The position numbers and the translations under genes are program-made. The notes beneath the pieces are model-generated. The model was not told where the DNA came from. It saw only the letters and a list, made by a program, of their open reading frames with translations, and made no database searches. Source: Demequinaceae bacterium (GTDB lineage Bacteria > Actinomycetota > Actinomycetes > Actinomycetales > Demequinaceae). Taken from it: a DNA stretch of 64,000 bases. The stretch spans positions 31,776 through 95,775 of the forward strand of contig JAFGBM010000014.1 in the NCBI GenBank assembly GCA_016933155.1, in the 5' to 3' direction. Shown piece by piece: positions 1 to 9,787 of this stretch. How positions within the stretch are numbered: the stretch's first letter is position 1; each line of letters starts with the position of its first letter.

Positions 1-2
1 TC

Positions 3-2051
3 TGCCTCCACAAGACCCCCATGTCCATCGGGCAGTTGGAGTGGTTCCTGCCCGAGAGGGAGAAGCTCGTCAATCCCAACAGCAACGAGGAGAGGTTCGC
101 GGGAGTCCGGGACCCCTGGGACGCCGCGGCCAAGCCCCCCGTCGCCATCGTCGGCTCCGGGCCCTCCGGCCTGATCAATGCCTACCTGCTCGCGGCCGCC
201 GGGTTCCCCGTCACGGTATTCGAGGCGTTTCACGCACTGGGGGGCGTGCTCCGATATGGCATCCCCGAGTTCCGCCTGCCGAATCAGCTCATCGATGACG
301 TGGTCGAGAAGATCGAACTGCTCGGAGGGAAGTTCGTCAGGAACTTCGTCGTGGGCAAGACGGCGACGCTCCAACAGTTGCGCGACGCCGGCTTCTGGAA
401 GATCTTCGTCGGCACCGGCGCGGGCCTGCCGAGGTTCATGAACATCCCGGGCGAGCACCTGCTCAACGTCATGTCCGCGAACGAGTTCCTGACCCGCGTC
501 AACCTCATGCAGGGCCTCAGGGAGGACTACGAGACCCCACTGCCCGAGATCAAGGGCAAGGAGGTCCTCGTCATCGGAGGCGGCAACACCGCCATGGACG
601 CAGCCCGGACCTCGCAGCGCCTCGGCGGCAACGTCACCATCGTGTATCGACGGACACAGGCGGAGATGCCTGCCCGCGTCGAGGAGCTCGAGCACGCCCT
701 CGAGGAGGGAATCGCCCTCGCGGTGTTGCGTTCGCCGTCGGAGTTCATCGGCGGGGACGACGGTTTCGTCAAGGCGACCACCCTCGACATCATGGAGCTC
801 GGCGAGCCCGACGACTCCGGCCGACGCAAGCCTGTGTCGACCGGCACGACCGAGACCATCCACGCCGACCTCGTCATCATGGCCCTCGGCAACGACGCCA
901 ACCCGATCATCAAGGACTCCGAGCCCCGGCTCGAGGTCTCCAAGTGGGGGACCATCAACCTCAGTCGCGAGGGCTCGCAGGAGACAACCCTTGAGGGGAT
1001 CTTCACCGGTGGGGACGCCGCTCGCGGGGGCTCGACGGCCATCCTGGCCGCCGGTGACGGCCAGAGTGCCGCCCGGGAGATCCTGAAGGCGGTCGACATC
1101 GAGGAGAAGACGATTCGGGCGATGGTTGAGAGCGCCAGGAAGTACTCCGACACCGGGGCGGCGATTCCGCGGCTCCTTGGCAAGGCGCACCTGAGCGAGG
1201 GCATCGAGGAGTTCACCGTCTATGCCCCCGTGATCGCGAAGGCCGCACAAGCCGGGCAGTTCGTCCGCGTGCTGCCGCGCGAGGACGGCGAGCTCATCCC
1301 CTTGACCCTCGCCGACTGGGATGCAAAGGCCGGCACGATCGGCCTCGTGATCCAGGGCATGGGAACTTCCAGCATCGAGATGAACGCGATGTCGGTGGGG
1401 GACGCCTACACCGGTGTCGCCGGTCCGCTCGGACAGCCGAGCAAGGTCCACGAGTATGACTCCACGTCCACCGTGGTCTTCACCGCAGGGGGCCTGGGCC
1501 TGCCTCCGGTCTACCCGATCATGCGCGAGCACCTTCGCATCGGGAACCACGTGACCCTGATCTCGGGTTTCCGGACCAAGGACCTGATGTTCTGGGACCG
1601 GCCGGACGAACGGGTCGGGCGGCTGCAGGCCGAGTTCGGCAATCAACTCGAGGTCATCTACGCGACGAATGACGGAACCTTCGGGGTCAAGGGCTTCGTC
1701 ACCACGCCTCTGGAGGGCATGCTCGAGGCCGCCAAGCGGGGCGAGGGGCGAAAGATTGCGGAGGTCATCGCCATCGGCCCGCCCTTGATGATGAGGGCCG
1801 TCAGCGACCTCACCAAGCCCTATGGTGTGCCCTGCGTGGCGAGCTTGAACTCGATCATGGTCGACGCCACCGGCATGTGCGGGGCATGCATGGTGCCGGT
1901 GACCATCGAAGGCAAGTTGGTGCGCAAGCACGCCTGTATCGACGGGCCGGAGATCGACGCTCACGCCATCGACTGGGACAAGTTCCTGCCCCGGTTCAAC
2001 CTCTTCAAGGCCCAGGAGCAGGCCAGCAAGGCCCGTCACGGCCTGGCCTGA
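3..2051 (+). CDS. Fused NfnB/GltD(SudA)-like + NfnA(SudB/PyrK)-like flavin/Fe-S oxidoreductase, 5'-partial
   Basis: The frame is open to the window edge (CLHKTPMSIGQLEWF). It has GSGPSG FAD motif, YGIPEFRLP, GGGNTAMD NADPH motif and GGDAARG, then an NfnA half (GQFV, IPLTLAD, GPLG, DGTFGVKGFVT, MVDATGMCGAC...CIDGP 2Fe-2S motif). Confidence 0.85.
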   Translation, partial: CLHKTPMSIGQLEWFLPEREKLVNPNSNEERFAGVRDPWDAAAKPPVAIVGSGPSGLINAYLLAAAGFPVTVFEAFHALGGVLRYGIPEFRLPNQLIDDVVEKIELLGGKFVRNFVVGKTATLQQLRDAGFWKIFVGTGAGLPRFMNIPGEHLLNVMSANEFLTRVNLMQGLREDYETPLPEIKGKEVLVIGGGNTAMDAARTSQRLGGNVTIVYRRTQAEMPARVEELEHALEEGIALAVLRSPSEFIGGDDGFVKATTLDIMELGEPDDSGRRKPVSTGTTETIHADLVIMALGNDANPIIKDSEPRLEVSKWGTINLSREGSQETTLEGIFTGGDAARGGSTAILAAGDGQSAAREILKAVDIEEKTIRAMVESARKYSDTGAAIPRLLGKAHLSEGIEEFTVYAPVIAKAAQAGQFVRVLPREDGELIPLTLADWDAKAGTIGLVIQGMGTSSIEMNAMSVGDAYTGVAGPLGQPSKVHEYDSTSTVVFTAGGLGLPPVYPIMREHLRIGNHVTLISGFRTKDLMFWDRPDERVGRLQAEFGNQLEVIYATNDGTFGVKGFVTTPLEGMLEAAKRGEGRKIAEVIAIGPPLMMRAVSDLTKPYGVPCVASLNSIMVDATGMCGACMVPVTIEGKLVRKHACIDGPEIDAHAIDWDKFLPRFNLFKAQEQASKARHGLA

Positions 2052-2079
2052 CGAAAAAGAGGCACGTCCCGGCCCAGCC

Positions 2080-2097
2080 GCAGGACCTAGGTCACGC
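2080..2097. promoter_or_regulatory. Palindromic DosR/DevR-like operator upstream of pnt
   Basis: GCAGGACCTAGGTCACGC; 17/18 identical to the reverse complement of 42392-42409; resembles the GGGACYNNRGTCCC core. Confidence 0.6.
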
Positions 2098-2150
2098 ACG
2101 GGGCAGGCACAACAGCGGGCACTATATGGGGGAGCCCTCGAAGGAGGCCA

Positions 2151-3266
2151 ATGATGCCAGTCAGTGTCGCCGCGCTAGTAGAACGCGCCCCCGGAGAGAA
2201 GCGGGTCGCCCTGGTCCCCGAGGTCGTCGCCAAACTCGTGTCCAACGGGTTCTCGGTGATGATCGAATCTGGGGCGGGGGAGCATGCCTTCTTCTCCGAC
2301 AGTGATTACAAGAAGGCCGGAGCGAAGGTCGTGTCGGCCGCCGAGGCCTTGAAGGCCACCATCATCCTCAGCGTGAACCGCCCTCCGACCGCTACGGTCG
2401 CCAAACTCACCAAGGGCCAGTTCCTCATCGGGCAACTGCGCTCGCTGGTCGACGCGAAGGATCTTGAGACCGCGGCCGCCAAGGGCGTGACGGTCATCAG
2501 CCTCGACCGCCTTCCTCGTCAGGTTTCCCGCGCCCAGACCATGGACGTGCTCTCCAGCCAGGCGTCGGTTGCCGGCTACCGAGCCCTCATCGCCGCAGCC
2601 GAGGCTTTCAGCCGGTATTTCCCCATGATGATGACCGCGGCCGGGACCGCCCGTCCCGCCAAGGTCCTCGTCCTCGGAGCCGGGGTCGCAGGCCTTCAGG
2701 CGATCGGAACGGCCCGCAGAATGGGCGCTCAGGTCTCGGGTTACGACGTCAGGCCAGCCGCCCGCGAGGAAGTCGCCTCGATGGGGGCGCAGTTCCTGGA
2801 AACCTCGGTGGAGTCCGCGGTCGGGGAGGGCGGATACGCCCGCGCCCTGACCAAGGAGGAAACGGCCCGGCAACAGAAGGAACTGTCCGTCCAGATCGCC
2901 AAATTCGACATCGTCATCACGACGGCGAACGTTCCCGGCAGGAAGCCCCCGATCCTGGTGACCAAGGAAACTGTGGCGGCCATGGCCCCCGGTTCCGTCA
3001 TCGTCGACACCGCGTCGGGCCCCTTGGGCGGCAACGTCGAGGGCTCGGTCTCGGAGAAGCGAGTCGTCACCAAGAACAACGTGATCATCATCGGCAGCAA
3101 CATCTTCGCCGCGCAGATGCCGTCCGCAGCGTCTACCGCCTTCGCCAAGAACATGACGGCGGTCCTCGATTCGATCTACAAGGATGGTCAGATCGTGATC
3201 GATCCGGACGACGAGGTGATTGAGGCGATGCTGATTCCCGCCGCCCTGAAGGGAGTAGCGAAATGA
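2151..3266 (+). CDS. pntA: NAD(P) transhydrogenase subunit alpha, part 1 (dI)
   Basis: EKRVALVP, RAQTMDVLSSQ, FPMMMTAAGT, GAGVAGLQAI, GEGGYAR; RBS AAGGAGG. Confidence 0.95.
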   Translation: MMPVSVAALVERAPGEKRVALVPEVVAKLVSNGFSVMIESGAGEHAFFSDSDYKKAGAKVVSAAEALKATIILSVNRPPTATVAKLTKGQFLIGQLRSLVDAKDLETAAAKGVTVISLDRLPRQVSRAQTMDVLSSQASVAGYRALIAAAEAFSRYFPMMMTAAGTARPAKVLVLGAGVAGLQAIGTARRMGAQVSGYDVRPAAREEVASMGAQFLETSVESAVGEGGYARALTKEETARQQKELSVQIAKFDIVITTANVPGRKPPILVTKETVAAMAPGSVIVDTASGPLGGNVEGSVSEKRVVTKNNVIIIGSNIFAAQMPSAASTAFAKNMTAVLDSIYKDGQIVIDPDDEVIEAMLIPAALKGVAK

Positions 3267-3577
3267 GCCCCGAACTCTTGACCGCGCTGAGTTTCTTCGT
3301 GCTCGCATTGCTGGTCGGCTTCGAGGTCATCTCGAAGATCCCGGCGACGCTGCACACGCCCATGATGTCCGGGGCCAACTCGATCCACGGGGTCGTGCTC
3401 GTCGGGGCGATCCTGATCGCCTCGACGGCAGGGGAGAACATCACGCTGTTGGTCCTCGCGTTCTTCGCCGCGGCCTTCGCCGCGATGAATGTCGTGGGCG
3501 GATACGTGGTGACGGACCGCATGCTCGGAATGTTCAAGGCCCGCCCTAAGGGCGCCGACGCGAAGGGCGGGAAGTGA
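3263..3577 (+). CDS. pntA: NAD(P) transhydrogenase subunit alpha, part 2 (membrane)
   Basis: LHTPMMSGANSIHG, NVVGGYVVTDRML; ATGA overlap with part 1. Confidence 0.95.
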   Translation: MSPELLTALSFFVLALLVGFEVISKIPATLHTPMMSGANSIHGVVLVGAILIASTAGENITLLVLAFFAAAFAAMNVVGGYVVTDRMLGMFKARPKGADAKGGK

Positions 3578-5040
3578 TGCTAGTCATGGCGCTTGATCCC
3601 GAGGTGGCCACCGCCAACCTCACCACGGTTGAGACAATCGTCAAACTCGTGTACCTCCTCGCCGCGGTCGGCTTCGTCATGGGGCTCCACCTCATGCGGT
3701 CGCCCGCCACGGCCCGCAAGGGCAACCTGCTCTCCGCCGCGGGCATGACGCTCGCGGTCGCCATGACCGTCGTCCTGCTCCTCGGCACGGACGGTTTCGA
3801 CGTCACCACTTGGGGTTGGATCGCGGTCGGCTCGGGGGCCCTCGTCGGTTCGCTCGCCGGTGTCATCTCCGCCCTCAAAGTGCAGATGACGGACATGCCG
3901 CAGTTGGTGTCGATCTTCAATGCCGTCGGTGGCGGTGCGGCCGCGCTCGTCGCGGTCGTCGATTTCGTCCACCGAGTCTGGGGCCCGGGTGGGTTCGAGA
4001 TGGCGTTCACCGTGCCCGTCGGCCTCGACATCCTCATCGGAACGGTGACGTTCTCCGGATCGATCATCGCGGCAGGCAAACTTCAGGGCATCGTCTCCGG
4101 AGCCCCGATCACGTTCTTCGGGTCGCGCCTCCTGCTCATCGCGAGCGCGCTCGGCGGGATCGGCGGTGTGGTGTGGCTCGTGGTCGACCCCGGGATGCTC
4201 CCCCTCATCGTCGTCGCGATTGCGGCCTTCGCCTTCGGCATCCTCATGGTGCTGCCCATCGGCGGCGCCGACATGCCGGTCGTCGTCTCGCTCCTCAACG
4301 CCTTCACCGGCCTTGCGGTCGCGATGGCGGGCTTCGTGGTCGACAACACGATCCTGATCGTCGCCGGCGCGCTCGTGGGCGCCTCCGGTTCGATCCTGAC
4401 CAAGCTCATGGCCGACGCCATGAACCGGTCGATCATGTCGATCATGGTCGGCGGGTACGGCACCGGGGACGGCGGAGGCGCGGTTGCCGCACCCGCCGGT
4501 GGCGGAACGGTACACGTCATCGGCGCCGAGGACGTGGCGATCCAGCTCGCGTATGCGCAGAAGGTCATCATCGTCCCGGGGTATGGCCTCGCGGCCGCCC
4601 AGGCTCAGCGGGAGGCGGGCGAACTCGGCTCGCTCCTCGAGAAGCACGGGGTCACCGTCTACTACGCGATCCACCCGGTCGCGGGCCGTATGCCGGGGCA
4701 CATGAACGTGCTCCTGGCCGAAGCCGATGTGCCCTACACCCAGCTCAAGGAGATGGAGGAGGTCAACGGCGAGTTCGACTCGTGCGACGTCTCCGTCGTC
4801 ATCGGGGCGAACGACGTGACCAACCCGGCCGCCCGTCGTCCCGGCAACGCCATCTCGGGCATGCCGATCCTCGACGTCGACCATTCCAAGTCGATCGTCG
4901 TTATCAAGCGCTCGCTCGGGCACGGCTACGCCGGCATGGACAACGAGCTCTACACCAACCCGAAGACGGGAATGTTCCTCTCGGACGCCAAGAAGGGCCT
5001 GTCCGAGTTGCTTCAGGTCATCGGCGGGTACTTCGAGTAG
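3574..5040 (+). CDS. pntB: NAD(P) transhydrogenase subunit beta
   Basis: MTDMPQLV, PIGGADMPVV, VPGYGLA, HPVAGRMPGHMNVLLAEA, GANDVTNP. Confidence 0.96.
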   Translation: MMLVMALDPEVATANLTTVETIVKLVYLLAAVGFVMGLHLMRSPATARKGNLLSAAGMTLAVAMTVVLLLGTDGFDVTTWGWIAVGSGALVGSLAGVISALKVQMTDMPQLVSIFNAVGGGAAALVAVVDFVHRVWGPGGFEMAFTVPVGLDILIGTVTFSGSIIAAGKLQGIVSGAPITFFGSRLLLIASALGGIGGVVWLVVDPGMLPLIVVAIAAFAFGILMVLPIGGADMPVVVSLLNAFTGLAVAMAGFVVDNTILIVAGALVGASGSILTKLMADAMNRSIMSIMVGGYGTGDGGGAVAAPAGGGTVHVIGAEDVAIQLAYAQKVIIVPGYGLAAAQAQREAGELGSLLEKHGVTVYYAIHPVAGRMPGHMNVLLAEADVPYTQLKEMEEVNGEFDSCDVSVVIGANDVTNPAARRPGNAISGMPILDVDHSKSIVVIKRSLGHGYAGMDNELYTNPKTGMFLSDAKKGLSELLQVIGGYFE

Positions 5041-5052
5041 CCCAAGACCGCA

Positions 5053-5096
5053 ACCACCGCGTCCCGGTCCCCGTGAGGGTGCCGGGACGCGGTGGT
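5053..5096. terminator. Hairpin terminator between convergent pntB and rhodanese genes
   Basis: Perfect 15-bp inverted repeat ACCACCGCGTCCCGG / CCGGGACGCGGTGGT. Confidence 0.8.
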
Positions 5097-5118
5097 CTGT
5101 AGGGCTCGGAGAACCAGG

Positions 5119-5580
5119 CTAGTCGGTGACGATCGCGTATCCGGCGGCCGCCCATCCGCCGATCCCGTCCTCGAGGCCAAGGGTCTGGGTGACGCCGAGA
5201 TCCGCCATGATGTCGATCGCCTCCCGTGAACGGTTGCCGCTTCGGCAGTAGACCGCGTACGACGCCTCGGGATTGAGGAGGGCGATCTCGTCCGCGAAGA
5301 CCCCCGAGAGGAGGTTGATGTTGGTCGCCCCGGCGATGTGGCCATCGGCGAATTCCTCGGGTGTGCGGACGTCCAGGATGACGACTCCCTCTTCATAGGC
5401 CACACCGGCCCAGGTATCGACATCGACCTGGGAACCGTCGAAGGGCACGACGCAGATGGCACCGCAAGCGGCGGCATCGGGTTCGGCGGTCTCCGATTCG
5501 GTGATCTCGGTTGCAGCCGAACAAGCCGACAGGGCCAGGATCGCGGCGAGGGCGAAAGCGGTTGTGCTGATGCGGGTCAA
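5119..5580 (-). CDS. Rhodanese-domain lipoprotein
   Basis: TTG start after GAGGAG RBS; lipobox LSAC; LDVRTPEEFADGHIAGA and YCRSGNRS rhodanese motifs. Confidence 0.85.
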   Translation of the reverse strand: MTRISTTAFALAAILALSACSAATEITESETAEPDAAACGAICVVPFDGSQVDVDTWAGVAYEEGVVILDVRTPEEFADGHIAGATNINLLSGVFADEIALLNPEASYAVYCRSGNRSREAIDIMADLGVTQTLGLEDGIGGWAAAGYAIVTD

Positions 5581-5799
5581 GTCCACTCCTCGTCTGTAGC
5601 GGTGAAGGGGCACGGATGCCCCTCACGGATGGGCCAACGTCACCTAGTATGCGGGCATTCCACCCGTTCGGCGTGTTGCAGCCCGCCACGCCCGGGCGCG
5701 CGTACCGTCGAAAGTGACATGGAAGTTCGACCCGCCACCTAGCCCTCGCCCTCCGGGGCGCGTGGGCCCCGGGGTGCGACCGAACACCAGGGAGCCCAA

Positions 5800-7164
5800 G
5801 TGTCCGCCACTCTGAAAGCGGCCCCAGTCCCGTCCGCATCCGGGAAGGCCATCGGCCTCAAGACCTTCGTACTCGACACCTCGGTCCTCCTGTCCGACCC
5901 GAGGGCGGCACTCCGATTCGCCGAGCATTCCGTCGTTCTGCCCGTCGTCGTCATCACCGAACTGGAGGGGAAGCGGCATCATCCCGAACTGGGCTATTTC
6001 GCCAGATCCGCCCTCCGGCTCCTCGACGACCTCAGGGTGCAGCACGGGCACCTCGACGAGCCGGTCGTCATCAACTCGTCCGGCGGCACCCTCAGGGTCG
6101 AACTCAACCACGCCGACCCTGAGGTGCTTCCCAGCGGCTTCCGCCTGGGGGACAACGATTCCCGCATCCTCGCCGTGGCGGCCAACCTCAGGTCCGAGGG
6201 TCATGCCGTCACCCTGATTTCGAAGGATCTGCCCATGCGGGTCAAGGCGGCCGCCCTGGGAATGGATGCGGAGGAATACCGGGCGGAGTTGGCCGTCGAT
6301 TCCGGCTGGACTGGGATGCGCGCCATTCAGTTGTCCGAGGCGCAGATGTCCGAGCTCTACGAGGCGGAGAGGATTCCCGCACCCCCGGAGGAGGAGGCCG
6401 GCGAGGACCTGGCGGCGCTTCCCATCCATACGGGACTCGTCCTTCACTCGCCGCGGGGCTCAGCCCTCGGGCGGGTCGGCGAGGGCGGCTCGATCGGCCT
6501 GGTGCGGGGGGACCTCGAGGCGTTCGGCATCCATGGGCGGAGCGCCGAACAGCGCATCGCCATCGACCTCTTGCTCGACGAGTCCATCGGGATCGTGTCT
6601 CTCGGGGGCCGCGCGGGCACCGGTAAGAGCGCCCTCGCCCTGTGCGCCGGCCTCGAGGCCGTCATGGAGAGGCGCCAGCACAAGAAGATCATCGTGTTCC
6701 GGCCCCTGTACGCCGTCGGAGGGCAGGAGTTGGGGTACCTCCCCGGCAGCGAGTCCGAGAAGATGAATCCCTGGGCCCAAGCCGTCTTCGACACCCTCGG
6801 GGCGGTGGTGTCGACGCCGGTCATCGAGGAGGTCCTGGCCAGGGGGATGCTGGAGGTCCTTCCCCTGACCCACATCCGCGGCCGCTCCATCCACGACGCC
6901 TTCGTCATCGTCGACGAGGCCCAATCGCTCGAGCGCAATGTCCTACTCACGATGCTGAGCCGGATCGGTCAGGGATCGCGCGTGGTCCTCACCCACGATG
7001 TCGGCCAGCGGGACAACCTCAGGGTCGGGCGTCATGACGGAGTCGCGGCCGTCGTCGAGGCCCTCAAGGGGCACCCCCTCTTCGCCCACGTCACGCTCGA
7101 ACGGTCGGAGAGATCCGCTGTCGCGGCCCTCGTCACCGATATGCTCGAACGACTGGATCTCTAG
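5800..7164 (+). CDS. phoH2: PhoH2 (PIN domain + PhoH ATPase)
   Basis: [12 protein letters not shown] start, [15 protein letters not shown] Walker A, HIRGRS, IVDEAQ. Confidence 0.93.
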   Translation: MSATLKAAPVPSASGKAIGLKTFVLDTSVLLSDPRAALRFAEHSVVLPVVVITELEGKRHHPELGYFARSALRLLDDLRVQHGHLDEPVVINSSGGTLRVELNHADPEVLPSGFRLGDNDSRILAVAANLRSEGHAVTLISKDLPMRVKAAALGMDAEEYRAELAVDSGWTGMRAIQLSEAQMSELYEAERIPAPPEEEAGEDLAALPIHTGLVLHSPRGSALGRVGEGGSIGLVRGDLEAFGIHGRSAEQRIAIDLLLDESIGIVSLGGRAGTGKSALALCAGLEAVMERRQHKKIIVFRPLYAVGGQELGYLPGSESEKMNPWAQAVFDTLGAVVSTPVIEEVLARGMLEVLPLTHIRGRSIHDAFVIVDEAQSLERNVLLTMLSRIGQGSRVVLTHDVGQRDNLRVGRHDGVAAVVEALKGHPLFAHVTLERSERSAVAALVTDMLERLDL

Positions 7165-7178
7165 CGGGGGGATGTCAC

Positions 7179-7835
7179 ATGAAGACGACCAACATCGTCT
7201 CGGCTGTTCTGCGCGTCATCGTCGCCGGAATCGCCCTCGTTTCGGGAATCATCGTGCTCGTCGACGGGGGTCCGAAGGTCCTCTTGACCTTCACCGTCCA
7301 GTCCAATGCCATGATGGCCGTCTCCTTCCTCTGGACGGCGCATACTCTGGTTTGGCGGAAACACACGCCCCCGGAGTGGCTGTCCGGGAGTTCGGTCTTC
7401 TATCTCGCCATCACGGGGATCGTGTACAACTTCGTGCTCAGGCCGGAGTCCCCGGGATCGTCTCCCGATGTCCTCTTCGGCCTCTCGAATTCCACGCTCA
7501 CCCACGTCGTCACCCCTATCGCGGCGATGGCGATCTGGATCGTCTTCGACGAGCATCGGCGGATTCCTTGGCGGTTCGTGTGGATCTGGCTCGTGTACTT
7601 GGTCGCCTACCTCGTCGTCATCTTCACGGTGATCGCCGGTGTCGACTCCTATTCCGCCCCCTACCCGTTCCTCGATGTCACCCTCCACGGGGTCGGTGGG
7701 GTGGCCTGGCGGCTGGTGGTGTACATGTCCTGCTTCGCGGTGCTCTCCGCCGCGATGATCACCCTCGACCATGTGCTGTCGGAGCGGACGGCGCTCAGTG
7801 AGTTCGATCCCCACGATCAGAAACGATCCTGCTGA
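7179..7835 (+). CDS. Pr6Pr / FAR-17a-AIG1-like membrane protein
   Basis: FTVQSN, ITGIVYNFVL, THVVTP, PYPFLD; about six hydrophobic segments. Confidence 0.75.
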   Translation: MKTTNIVSAVLRVIVAGIALVSGIIVLVDGGPKVLLTFTVQSNAMMAVSFLWTAHTLVWRKHTPPEWLSGSSVFYLAITGIVYNFVLRPESPGSSPDVLFGLSNSTLTHVVTPIAAMAIWIVFDEHRRIPWRFVWIWLVYLVAYLVVIFTVIAGVDSYSAPYPFLDVTLHGVGGVAWRLVVYMSCFAVLSAAMITLDHVLSERTALSEFDPHDQKRSC

Positions 7836-7842
7836 AGGTCCC

Positions 7843-9240
7843 TTAGCGTTCGCCCGTCATCTTCGCGACGTCGAGGAGTTCATCGAGTTGGGCCTCCGAA
7901 ACCTCGCCCCGGGAGACGAAACCCAGGGCGATCACGGACTCCCGCACCGTCAGGCCCTCATGCACGGCGTGCTTGACCACGGCTGCTGCGTTCTCGTACC
8001 CGAGGATGGGGCTGAGGGGCGTCACGATGCTCGGAGAGGCCTCCGCAAGCTTCCTCGCGTGTGCGGGGTTGGGCTCGATCCCTTCGATGGCCCTGTCGGC
8101 TAAAAGGCGTGAAGCGGTCGACAGGAGTCGGATCGATTCCAGGAGGGCGAGGGCCATGACGGGGACCTGGACGTTGAGTTCGAAGTTCCCGGAGGCTCCC
8201 GCCCAGGCGATGGTCGCGTCGTTTCCAATGACCCTGGAGCAGACCATGAGGACGGCCTCGGGAACGACCGGGTTGACCTTGCCCGGCATGATCGAGGACC
8301 CCGGCTGGAGGGCGGGGAGCCTGATCTCGGCCAGGCCTGTGCTGGGGCCCGACCCCATCCACCTCAGGTCGTTGCAGGTCTTCGTCAGGCTGACGGCGAT
8401 CGTCCGAAGCGCCCCGCTTAATTCGACGAGGGCATCCCGGGAGGATTGCGCCTCGAAGTGATCCCGCGCCTCCCTGAGGCCGAGGCCGGTGTCCTCGTTG
8501 AGGAGGGCGATGACCCTGGCCGCGAATCCAGGAGGGGCATTGATGCCCGTCCCGACGGCGGTCCCCCCTAGAGGGACCTCGACGACCCGGACGAGGGCGG
8601 CCTCCAGTCGTTCGATTCCGAGGCGCATAGCCGCTGCGAATCCCCCGAATTCCTGGCCGAGGGTCACCGGTGTGGCATCCATGAGGTGGGTGCGACCGGG
8701 CTTGACGACGTTGGAAAGTGCGGCGGCCTTGGCCTCAAGCTGAGCGGCGAGTCGGTCGAGGGCCGGGACGAGGTCTCGCTCGACGCCCGAGGCGGCGGCC
8801 AAATGCACCGAGGTGGGGAAGACGTCATTGGACGACTGAGAGGCGTTGACGTGGTCGTTGGGGAGCACGGTCCGGCCGAGGAGGGAGGAAGCGAGGGTCG
8901 CGATCACCTCGTTGGCATTCATATTGGAGGAGGTCCCCGAGCCGGTCTGGAAGACATCGACGGGGAACTCGCCGTCGTGCCGACCGGCGACGATGGCCTC
9001 GGAGGCGGCGACGATGGCCTCGGCGACGTCGCCGTCCAGCACCCCGAACTCCGCATTGGCCTGGGCGGCGGCCTTCTTGATGCGAGCGAGGGCCTCAATG
9101 TGGGATCGCTCGAGCTTGAGTCCTGAGACGGGGAAGTTTTCCACCGCCCGTTGGGTCTGGGCGCCCCAGAGGGCGTCTTTCGGGACGTCGATCTCGCCCA
9201 TCGTGTCGTGTTCGGTGCGGTTCTCCGGGCTTTCTGCCAT
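7843..9240 (-). CDS. fumC: Class II fumarate hydratase
   Basis: [50 protein letters not shown]. Start trimmed to MAESPENR. Confidence 0.95.
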   Translation of the reverse strand: MAESPENRTEHDTMGEIDVPKDALWGAQTQRAVENFPVSGLKLERSHIEALARIKKAAAQANAEFGVLDGDVAEAIVAASEAIVAGRHDGEFPVDVFQTGSGTSSNMNANEVIATLASSLLGRTVLPNDHVNASQSSNDVFPTSVHLAAASGVERDLVPALDRLAAQLEAKAAALSNVVKPGRTHLMDATPVTLGQEFGGFAAAMRLGIERLEAALVRVVEVPLGGTAVGTGINAPPGFAARVIALLNEDTGLGLREARDHFEAQSSRDALVELSGALRTIAVSLTKTCNDLRWMGSGPSTGLAEIRLPALQPGSSIMPGKVNPVVPEAVLMVCSRVIGNDATIAWAGASGNFELNVQVPVMALALLESIRLLSTASRLLADRAIEGIEPNPAHARKLAEASPSIVTPLSPILGYENAAAVVKHAVHEGLTVRESVIALGFVSRGEVSEAQLDELLDVAKMTGER

Positions 9241-9345
9241 GGGCCCATTGTGGCAGGAGGCTGCCGCCGGAGGGGCTATCGGATCGATTCTCGGGATGCG
9301 CGTCATAATCGGGGTGAGGTATCATCTCATTAGGTAGCAGCCACA

Positions 9346-9399
9346 ACGGCGGGCGCACGTCCCGCCGTGCGTCTCGCTTGAGAGCATAAGGAGACGCAC
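9346..9399 (+). promoter_or_regulatory. Structured 5' leader with RBS-covering hairpin
   Basis: Stems ACGGCGGG/CCCGCCGT (9346-9368) and GTGCGTCTC/GAGACGCAC (9367-9399); the second overlaps AAGGAG. Confidence 0.5.
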
Positions 9400-9403
9400 C
9401 TTC

Positions 9404-9787
9404 ATGGCGATCATCGGCAGAAGCACCGTCACGGACAGCCCTGAATCGCGCGCGGCTTCAGGCGAACTGACCGGCGACGAATACATGGATTTGGTCCGAT
9501 CCAAGGATGTTGCGGCCCGGGTGGCCGCAGCCGGTCGTGCAGACGCCCCGCTAGGAGCCCTCATCGCCTTCACCCAGGACGCCAAATCCGAAGTCCGGGT
9601 GGCGGTCGCATCCAATCCCGGGATCGGACGGACCACGACCGTCATCGCCCGGCTGGCAGACGACAAGAGCATCGACGTCGTCCGCGCCCTGATCGACAAT
9701 CCGGCCGTGCCTCACGAAGCCATCGAGAAGATTGCCGCTGACGGACCCAAGGCCGCTCGTTCCTACGCCGAGGCGCGGCTCTCCTAG
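9404..9787 (+). CDS. LRV/HEAT-like helical repeat protein (paralog of 11091..11540)
   Basis: LRV-type repeats EVRVAVASNP, DVVRALIDNPAVP; AAGGAG RBS. Confidence 0.7.
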   Translation: MAIIGRSTVTDSPESRAASGELTGDEYMDLVRSKDVAARVAAAGRADAPLGALIAFTQDAKSEVRVAVASNPGIGRTTTVIARLADDKSIDVVRALIDNPAVPHEAIEKIAADGPKAARSYAEARLS

